Positions 43,536 through 51,900 of a stretch of 64,000 nt of DNA are shown piece by piece. Origin of the DNA: a virus; the IMG/VR virus record IMGVR_UViG_3300035698_017305, positions 32,001 through 96,000 of that record; one strand, written 5' to 3'. The notes below the pieces were generated by a model that saw only the letters and a list, made by a program, of their open reading frames with translations, made no database searches and was not told the DNA's origin. How positions within the stretch are numbered: position 1 is the first letter of the stretch; the number at the start of each line of letters is the position of its first letter. The position numbers and the translations under genes are program-made.

Positions 43536-44492
43536 ATGAGCCAAACATCCGTTCAGATAGACGTGGTGATTCCAGATACGATGAGTTTCGCCCGAAGTTT
43601 TAATCGACTCAGGGTATTCATCCAGGACGGTCCCGAAGGGGACATAGAAGAAATCACTGCTGAGGATGAAGAGAAGGCTGCACTTACTGGTGTGGTCAGT
43701 GGCCCGTGGGATCTAGAAGACCTGGATCTCCACTTGGTTATTGATGGCATCCCATACGTTGTGCCCTTCCAAGCTCCATTCCCAGTGTCATTGGGAAGAG
43801 CCATTGAGCGGGTCAATGCCGTGTGCCAATCTGAACTAGCCTCCCCTGCGGGTGGAGGTATAAAACTAGAATCAGTAATCTCTGGGAGAGAGTCGTATAT
43901 TGACGTTGGTGGCCCAGCCTCCGAAGTCCTAGGTTTCATTGATGAAACTGAGGCTAGAGGTAAGGCTAGACGGATGCACACCTGTGGGGACACAGCTACT
44001 TATACTTTTGTGGATACGCAAGGGGACACTGAGTGGCTGTACTACACAGACCTGTACAATTCTGAGACAGGCGCTTCCAGTGAGATGTCTGACCCCCAAG
44101 CTATTGATTATGAAGGACTAACTCTCCCTGACTCTGTGTTAACTACCTGTAAAATACGTTTAATTAACAAAAGTGGCGGGTACATCCAGGGTCAGGGAGT
44201 TCGTTTTCATGTTGCATCAGTACCTTACCGTATAGAGATACCCGACTCTTTAGATGAAGCATTTATCATGGACCATGTTCCGTCTGTGGTATACACAAAT
44301 GCTTACGGGTATGCGACAATACAACTAGTTAGGGGCGCTACGTATGATGTTGTCTTTGAAGGGACAGGATTCACTCGTAAGATAGTAGCCCCCGATTCAA
44401 GTGAGTTTGATGTGTTGAACCTCCTGACCGAGGAGGATGACCGTTTTGATATAGTAGTACCAGAAATAAACTTGCTCATCAGGAGATCATAG
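43536..44492 (+). CDS. putative virion structural protein
   Basis: 318 aa acidic beta-rich ORF in the structural module. Confidence 0.55.
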   Translation: MSQTSVQIDVVIPDTMSFARSFNRLRVFIQDGPEGDIEEITAEDEEKAALTGVVSGPWDLEDLDLHLVIDGIPYVVPFQAPFPVSLGRAIERVNAVCQSELASPAGGGIKLESVISGRESYIDVGGPASEVLGFIDETEARGKARRMHTCGDTATYTFVDTQGDTEWLYYTDLYNSETGASSEMSDPQAIDYEGLTLPDSVLTTCKIRLINKSGGYIQGQGVRFHVASVPYRIEIPDSLDEAFIMDHVPSVVYTNAYGYATIQLVRGATYDVVFEGTGFTRKIVAPDSSEFDVLNLLTEEDDRFDIVVPEINLLIRRS

Positions 44493-44501
44493 GAGAACTC
44501 A

Positions 44502-44960
44502 ATGAACACCTTCTTTGAAGAAACAGACGCCATCCGTAAAGAAGCCGGTGCCGGTAGACTTGCGGGTATGCTGGGTAACAAAGCTGTCCGTTATGGAGGC
44601 GGCGCTATGCTTGGGGCAGGAGCTCTAGCTGGAGCGGCTAAGGGCGGACATGAACTGGGACAGGATCGTTATACCCCAGAAGCATTACAGATGTCTATGG
44701 GTGACCAGAATATGGGTACCTACGTGGCACCGAGCAAGACCGTTGACGAGTTCAAGGGCATCCTGGGAGAGCAGGGACCCGAAGCTGCTATGCAGTGGGC
44801 TCAGCAACAACCTAACTCTGGATACTTCGTGAATCCACAGCTAGTAGCTAGCGCCGTAGCCCAAGCCATTCAAGGCGGCGGTCAAGGGGGCGGAGGTGCC
44901 CCTAAGATGGCATCATTCAGGGGGCAGGCAGTTCCATCCGTCCCTTTCTCTCGGAGATAG
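44502..44960 (+). CDS. Gly/Ala-rich protein with F-F-x-E-x-D...K-x-A leader
   Basis: MNTFFEETDAIRKEA; AGGAG RBS; C-CCT-TTC near its end. Confidence 0.7.
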   Translation: MNTFFEETDAIRKEAGAGRLAGMLGNKAVRYGGGAMLGAGALAGAAKGGHELGQDRYTPEALQMSMGDQNMGTYVAPSKTVDEFKGILGEQGPEAAMQWAQQQPNSGYFVNPQLVASAVAQAIQGGGQGGGGAPKMASFRGQAVPSVPFSRR

Positions 44961-45187
44961 ATGCTGTTGGCCTGACTAAGCAAGCTGGGCCATGGCTTCA
45001 AGGGCTTGGGCAGTTATCTGCTAAGGCCGAAGGTGCGTTTGGTGGAGCCCTTAAAAAGGGCTGGGGCCGCGTCTCTGGAGCTGTTAAAGGGGAGGTAAGT
45101 AACCTAAAGGGAGCTCCCGGTGCCGTTAAAGAATGGGCTGTTGGTGCAAATCCTTTAGGTAGCAGAGCCAAATCTGTACCTCAGGGC

Positions 45188-45772
45188 ATGGGCAAAGGCT
45201 CCTTTAACATGAGTCCTCAAGTTCGCCAAGGGTATGATAAGTTCCAGAAACCTATGGGTAATATGGCACCGTCTGCTAAAGCCCCTGTAGGAAATATAAA
45301 GAACAACGTCGGTCAAATGCGTAGGTCCGGTTACAATGCTGCCGGTGGGGTAGAGGCCGGAGGTGGTGGTGGGCAAGGTGTTTACAGCAGGTTAGCCGCA
45401 AGCACAGGTCCTAGGCCATCAGGACAAAAGATGCAGGCAGCCAACACAGCCATACAAGACACTGCTCAGCATGAACAGATGAGTGCGGGTAGGAACTGGT
45501 TAAAGAAGACACTGGATGGAATCGGAGGCGGTAAGTTTGACGTCGATGGGTTGGTATCTGGAGCGAAGAAGTATGGCCCCGGAGTACTAGCTGGTCTAGG
45601 CGGGACAGCCGCACTCGGTGCAGGGGTGTATGGTGCAGCCAAACACTTGGCACCAAAACTAGTCGGGCATGGTGTTAAGGGCTTTGTAAAACAGAACCCG
45701 TGGGTAATACCCGCCGCTGTAGGTGCCCCACTAGCCGCTGGTATGGCTGGCGGCGCTATGACGGGGAACTAA
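45188..45772 (+). CDS. Gly/Ala-rich protein; reading frame is open upstream to 44906
   Basis: The frame continues without a stop through PFLSEIDAVGLTKQA at about 44942-44986; C-terminal hydrophobic Gly-Ala segments. Confidence 0.65.
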   Translation: MGKGSFNMSPQVRQGYDKFQKPMGNMAPSAKAPVGNIKNNVGQMRRSGYNAAGGVEAGGGGGQGVYSRLAASTGPRPSGQKMQAANTAIQDTAQHEQMSAGRNWLKKTLDGIGGGKFDVDGLVSGAKKYGPGVLAGLGGTAALGAGVYGAAKHLAPKLVGHGVKGFVKQNPWVIPAAVGAPLAAGMAGGAMTGN

Positions 45773-46698
45773 TGGCCCTTGAACTGATCACAGTAATAGT
45801 AAGCGATGATTCCGTACCTTCTCAATTAGTTGAGGGGGTTACTGTTCGTTTGTACCCTGAGGGTGAATACACCCACGTCCAAGAGCAAGAGACGGACGAC
45901 GAAGGGGAAGCCACCATGCTGATTGATGTGGAAGAACCATCTCAGCGATTTGAAGTGCGCTTCTACAAAAGGCAGACTCGATTTCCCACTAACACATTCA
46001 TAGAGGTGGAGAGTCCAGCAGAGGACACCCAAGTATTCGACGTTACGGCAACAGTGCAAGATCGTCCTGTCTCTACCGACCCAAACCTCTGTCGGTGTTA
46101 TGGGTACGCGTCGTCATTGAACACTGCCGGGTTACCACTGGAGACATCAGTAATATGGTTGTCCCCATACGATGAAACATTCGTAGGTCATGGCTTGTTT
46201 GTGGCAGGGAAAGCGCAAGTAAAAGTCGTCGGTACAGATGGGTTATTCTGGATTGATCTGGTAAGGGAACAGACCTACATTGCAGAGGTCCTCGGGATGT
46301 GTAATGTCTTAGAGTTCACTGTACCCGACAGATCATGGGCGGACTTCAGCGATTTGTTATTCATATACGTAGCTACATTGACACTAACACCGGATGACGA
46401 TTCAGTATCCTTAGAGCAAGGCACTGAAACAGAGTTGGACTTGTCCGTAATCCTGTCTAACACTCAAGAGCTAACCGATTACGACGCAAGGAATTGGCTC
46501 ACGATAGAGAGCAGTGATGTGTCGGTCGCTTCCATCAGATGGGAACTAAGTTCCAGGAAGCTGACCATACGAGGGGTAGCCACTGGGTCCACCACTATAA
46601 CTATAGATGCGGATCCGGATTACTCTCTCCCACGGGTGCCTCCTAAGGTGGTGGACCCTGTGACCATTACTGTAACGGTTGTGAGCGATGGAAGTTAA
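45772..46698 (+). CDS. virion protein with Ig-like/transthyretin-like domains
   Basis: 'VEGVTVRLY...TDDEGEA' and C-terminal 'SSDVSVASI...TIRGVATGSTTIT' (Big_2-like). TAATG start at 45772. Confidence 0.6.
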   Translation: MALELITVIVSDDSVPSQLVEGVTVRLYPEGEYTHVQEQETDDEGEATMLIDVEEPSQRFEVRFYKRQTRFPTNTFIEVESPAEDTQVFDVTATVQDRPVSTDPNLCRCYGYASSLNTAGLPLETSVIWLSPYDETFVGHGLFVAGKAQVKVVGTDGLFWIDLVREQTYIAEVLGMCNVLEFTVPDRSWADFSDLLFIYVATLTLTPDDDSVSLEQGTETELDLSVILSNTQELTDYDARNWLTIESSDVSVASIRWELSSRKLTIRGVATGSTTITIDADPDYSLPRVPPKVVDPVTITVTVVSDGS

Positions 46699-47943
46699 AT
46701 GGAAAATGAGCTTAGGTCTTCAGTACAAGACTTGCTCGGTCGTGTTTCTTTCCCAGATGAATTCACCCGGCTGAGAGACACCGCTGCGCTAACGCTATAC
46801 CTGTCTCCAGCATCCTTCCCTTCTGTGTCTACAATGATACGCAACGAGGCCCTCCTGTACATGGGTGCCGCCGCCGATGCAGGGTTGTCTATAATACTAG
46901 CTCTGAAAGACTCCTGGAGACCAGAGGAAGGGTATACCAATGGGGTCGCCCCGTTAGAGAAGGCGGCTCAGGACATGAAGGTAGCGGCCCGGGCCCCATC
47001 AGGGGTTAAGAGCTCACAGATAGGGTCCTTTGTTAACAAGATTGAGAAGTTCGAAACAGGTATCAAGTCATCTGTAAGGGCGGGGGCTTCAGGAAAGACC
47101 GGCATGGATGCCAGTACCTACATAGATGAACAGTACATTCTCTTCACCGATAACTTGGTTAAGGGGGTGGCTTCTTGTTGGGGGTTGGTCGGAGCTTCAA
47201 CATCCTATCTATCATTCTTACCAACGGATTTATCCAATAGGATTATGGAAGCCGCAGGTGACATGATAGGAGAGCTTGCGGAGTACCTGTCTGAGGGGGG
47301 CGGACGAGGTGAACAGTACTCGGTACTAGCTCTGACCTCTACTATAAAGGCAGTGGTTAAAGCTACTGACTCAGAAGTGGAGGTGGACGTACCAGACTCT
47401 CACGCTGAAGCTATACAGACACTAGCCATTCTACTTAAGGAAGTAGATAAGTCATTTGGTACTATAGATTCTGACTTTTTCAGAGGGGTGTTGTCATCAT
47501 CCTTGACATCTTCAGTTCAGTCTAAAGAGAAGGCCAGGGAGATGTCTAAGAGACTCATGCGATTCTTAGTCTTCGTGACCGATGACATCAGTGATGAGGT
47601 GTTGAGGTGGGTAGGTCCTACCTCTAGCCAAGACCCCACGGTCCTGGGAGTGTTAGAAGGGTACTCTGTCACTACCAGTGATGATTCTAACCAAGTAGTG
47701 TTAGGTATCATTGATAGATTAGAGGACAGAGGGTACGATAGAGCTGCGGATTCTCTAAGGTCAGGGGACATAGAGGTCTTTGCAACAATGACTGAGGAGG
47801 AAGCTTCCTATGCTGGGGCTGCTACTGAAAGCCTGCGTAGGATCTCCCTATTCCAGAATAACAACAACGATATAGATTGGGTTGGTAAAGAGGAGCTGCT
47901 AAGCAGGACATTTCGCGGTGGGCTCCCATCATTGGAGGAATAA
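46699..47943 (+). CDS. hypothetical virion-module protein
   Basis: 414 aa helical ORF. Confidence 0.7.
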   Translation: MENELRSSVQDLLGRVSFPDEFTRLRDTAALTLYLSPASFPSVSTMIRNEALLYMGAAADAGLSIILALKDSWRPEEGYTNGVAPLEKAAQDMKVAARAPSGVKSSQIGSFVNKIEKFETGIKSSVRAGASGKTGMDASTYIDEQYILFTDNLVKGVASCWGLVGASTSYLSFLPTDLSNRIMEAAGDMIGELAEYLSEGGGRGEQYSVLALTSTIKAVVKATDSEVEVDVPDSHAEAIQTLAILLKEVDKSFGTIDSDFFRGVLSSSLTSSVQSKEKAREMSKRLMRFLVFVTDDISDEVLRWVGPTSSQDPTVLGVLEGYSVTTSDDSNQVVLGIIDRLEDRGYDRAADSLRSGDIEVFATMTEEEASYAGAATESLRRISLFQNNNNDIDWVGKEELLSRTFRGGLPSLEE

Positions 47944-48308
47944 TGGCGGACACTCCTGGCACAAGTTTAGAGGTGCGGATAGCGATAGGCAACGCCATAG
48001 CCTTGCTGCGTGCACTGGATGCCAATGAGTTCATAGCCAGTACGGGCATGGCCGGTAGGTCAGGAGCGGGCAACCCAATCACTCCAGTGTCTTTAGACGA
48101 CCTGTTGGAGCAGGCCATCAGTTCCATAGAGGGTGAGAGATCATTCTTCGTGACAGAATGGAAAGCGGCAGAAGAGGTGACGGCCCCATCTAAACTGGGT
48201 AGGCTGGATGAACTTGAAGCTATGCTAACTAAGGTGTCGCAGGCAGCTAAGACCCTGGATACTGAGAGTGGCAGCTACTTACACGACCGTAACCTGGATT
48301 CATTGTAA
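47943..48308 (+). CDS. hypothetical protein
   Basis: 121 aa, TAATG coupled. Confidence 0.65.
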   Translation: MADTPGTSLEVRIAIGNAIALLRALDANEFIASTGMAGRSGAGNPITPVSLDDLLEQAISSIEGERSFFVTEWKAAEEVTAPSKLGRLDELEAMLTKVSQAAKTLDTESGSYLHDRNLDSL

Positions 48309-48961
48309 TGAGCCAAGACATACAAGCCATAAAACTATCTGATGTACTTCAGGTAACGGGGGTAAGGGGTGCTCTAAGTTCCCCTCCAACATTTGCTGTT
48401 ACCGGGGAAGACTTTAGGAATATTGAGACCGTATTGATCAATGGTGTCCCATCCCCTGAGGTGGTAATACTATCGGACACACGGCTATTAGCACAGGTAC
48501 CTGATTCGGTAGTGGGGGAGACCTTTAAGGGAGTGGAAGCCCTCAGTGCCTACTTTACCAACACCAAAGAGGCTAGTAAGATCCAGTTCGGCCTTGGCCG
48601 AAGCACTAAGAAGGTTAGTGGGATAATGAAGATGGCCCAGACATTTTTGAAAGTTCTATTGCAGTCCCCGGGGTCCGACATCTTTGATCCTACATCCGGA
48701 GGAGGACTGATGAAGCTTATCGGTTCTAACACAGACAAATCTGGTGCCGACATCTCAGCCTCTGTGTCTATGGCAGTGGCAAGGGCCTCAGACCAAGTAC
48801 GAAACAAACAAATGCTAGATTCTAGGCTTAACGCTGATGAGAAACTGGCGGTAGCACAGATCATACAAATGCAGTATGATTCTAATAGCACAAGGCTTTT
48901 GGTCAGCTTGTCTCTATTGGCTATCTCTGGAGCTTCTGCCGGGGCAATACTAGCAACGTAA
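48308..48961 (+). CDS. baseplate wedge gp25/GPW-like protein with N-terminal IPT/TIG-like domain
   Basis: 'VTGEDF..IETVLING...VILSDTRLLAQVP'; 'FLKVLLQSPGSDIFDPTSGGGL'; immediately before the J-like gene. Confidence 0.65.
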   Translation: MSQDIQAIKLSDVLQVTGVRGALSSPPTFAVTGEDFRNIETVLINGVPSPEVVILSDTRLLAQVPDSVVGETFKGVEALSAYFTNTKEASKIQFGLGRSTKKVSGIMKMAQTFLKVLLQSPGSDIFDPTSGGGLMKLIGSNTDKSGADISASVSMAVARASDQVRNKQMLDSRLNADEKLAVAQIIQMQYDSNSTRLLVSLSLLAISGASAGAILAT

Positions 48962-48970
48962 GGTGGGTTA

Positions 48971-51900
48971 ATGGCTACCGATATGAAACAGTTTTTGGAG
49001 GAACTCCTTGGAGCATTCTCCCCAGATCTAGACTTGAGCGAAGGTTCGCCTGCTCAAGAAGAGTTGATTAACCCTATCATCAGTAGGATGGGCACCGACC
49101 CATTGGATACTGATACCTATGCCTTCATAAAGGATAGGCTGTCTAGAGAGTATCCAGAGCTGGCATTAGGGGATCAGGAAGCCTTAACAGACTTCATGGT
49201 GAAGCCTCTTACCATACTTATGGAGCCCTTCAAGAACTCCATTAACAGGATTAAGCAGGGGCAGACTCTACGGGACCCATCAGTTTTGACATCATCTGAT
49301 GTAGACAACCTTGTGGCTAACCAATTTCTGACCCGAGATAAAGGGGCTAGGTCTACGGGCACCGCCCGGGTATACTTTAGGGCCCCAACGTTTGCTGAGG
49401 TCACCCCATACAACCAGCTCTTGTCTGACACTGGGTTAACGTTCCTACCCACCGAGTTCCAGAGCATCACCGCTGAGTCCATGGCCCTTAACCGGGAGTC
49501 CAGGGCTAAGTACTACTTCGATATCCAGGTAGTGGCCGAACAGGCTGGAACTAGTTACAACCTGACCCCAGGTAAACTGCAAAGCATTGATGGGCTGCCA
49601 CAGGCTACTGGTTTAACTAACCTAACTGACATAGCTGGAGGTCTGGATGAGCAACCTCCTTCAGACTTTGCGGCGGAAGCTGAGAGGAGTACTACTGAGA
49701 GGTCCCTCAACACGTTCAGAGGCATCTACACCCGCATCATGGATGATTACCCCAACGTCAGGTCTGTGGAAGTAGTAGGGTACAACGACCCTGAGATGGA
49801 GAGGGATGAAATAAGGGCTGATAACAGACCATTCACTATGCTGTCTGGGTTCTGCATCATCCTCTATGATTTAGTAGTGTTTGTGTCTGAGTTCGGTGAC
49901 CTTGGCCCGGGTGGACTGTACCGCATTGAAGCAGGTGACACATTCAAGATGTCGTACTCTGATATATTCTACAAAGGTATGGCCTGGGCTGACAGATCAG
50001 AGGAACTTGAGATTGAGAGGGTATACTTCAGTCTGTTGGACTTCCTGCCTAACATGGTGGGCCCTTCAGTGCATATCTTTAAGCTGAGTACCTTACCATC
50101 CGTGGATGCGTCGGTCATGCTTAACTCCGTGGCGGGATGGGGTCTTATCCAGAAGGACATGACTCCTAACATCACCTTGTCTGATATCCCTGGGGGCCTC
50201 ACTTACGAGAGCACTAGGAACGGTTCCCCTATGGTGGACAGCAACGCCATACATATTGGGGGGCATTCGGATGTGTATGTTAGACCGTACACTACTATGA
50301 CAGACACCCTAACTGTGTCCAACATTCTTGGTCTTTACCCTGAGAAGAACGGTGAGGACATGATCCTTACCACTGGTAGCAACGTTGTTTCGGTAGCGGA
50401 GTCTGAGACTAATGCTGACTTCGACTTTACCGAAACAGTATCTCCTAGCATGGGCATTAAGATCTATGGGGTTGGTACATACAAGGTGCTGGCAGTAACT
50501 GCTACCTCCTTGGTGTTGGATGCCGAGATGCCTGCCACCAGAACTGGGGTTAGGTACAGGGCGTTCAGTGATATTGATGTGAGCTTGACCGAGAACAAAC
50601 AACTATTGTATCCGCCTGATGGTGCTAATGATGCCGTTGGGTTACGCACTGATGTAGGAAGCGATGTAGTCAGACTACCTATCAACCCCAGATTGTATGG
50701 GGCTGTGGTGGGGGACACTATCGAGATAACTAGTGGCCTCGACCAAGGTTTCTATTCCATCGTTGAATTCATTGACAATTCTAGAGTAGAGATCAGCGGC
50801 TCCACTGGGTCAACTGACACCACTACGTTCAAGCTGTTCAAACCTTTGGATAACATAACGCTTCCACTGGTCCGTATTAAAGACGTAGATCTTCTTGACA
50901 CAACTGCTCAACCCACCGGGTTGAAGATCCCTTATGCTTACCCTGTTGATACTAGAAACACCCGCAGTTTTGGTGGAGCTAAAACAAAAGGGGAAGCAGC
51001 GGCTGGGTTTGTGCTACCAGAGCTTAAGTTCTGGGACGACTCGATTGTACCGTCCGGTCTAACCAACTTGGCGGCAGCCTCATCCATATGGCCTGATGAA
51101 GAGCCAGCAGGGTGGCCTGAAATGTTGCCTTGGCCACCCCCAACTATAGGAGCATGGTTTGGGTTCACAGTCCCCATGCTTACTGTAGGCCCTGGAGGAA
51201 TCGGGTTTGAGTACGCTACGGACACCGCCACACTGCTTGACCCTAAGCTGGCCTGCTGTGAAGATGGCATACCTGTAGTCATGCTAATCCCTGGCAGTGG
51301 TATCATTGACGGAAATGATGACTACCAGTTCAGTTTTGTGGAAGTATGTTTTCCTAACGCGGTATGGGATGGTGAGTCCAATGTATTCATAGGGCTACCT
51401 GATGTACCATGGGGTTCTATTGCAAAGTACTTTGATGCTATCAACACATCTGTCGGTGATGAGGTGTACGCACCCCCATTCCCTGATATACCACGCAACC
51501 CACTGAAGGATGCTGTGGCCGGGGATATACTGACAGTGAAGTCTGGGCTAGTAGAAGGCTCATACAAGATCAAGAAAGCCTATTGCCTACCATTCCACCT
51601 AGGGGATGTAGTGGATTACCTGTACGGTATCCCTGCAAAGCCGGATTGGTATCCTAGTTGGCAGGTATGGCCACCCATTTGGACACCATCTGATGACGAT
51701 CCAGAGCCTGACTGGTGGGCTAAGCTAGTAGCGGCTCAATATGATGAAGCTGACTACGACTCAACTCAGTACGCTTTGCTTACCCAGTGGCCGCCGATAT
51801 ATCCTCCACTGACTTCAGACCCACCTTGGTGGGACGCTGACGTCGCTGGTGGGGCTGCTGTAACATTCATCCCCGAGTTCGGTGGGAGTGGTTGGCCTAC

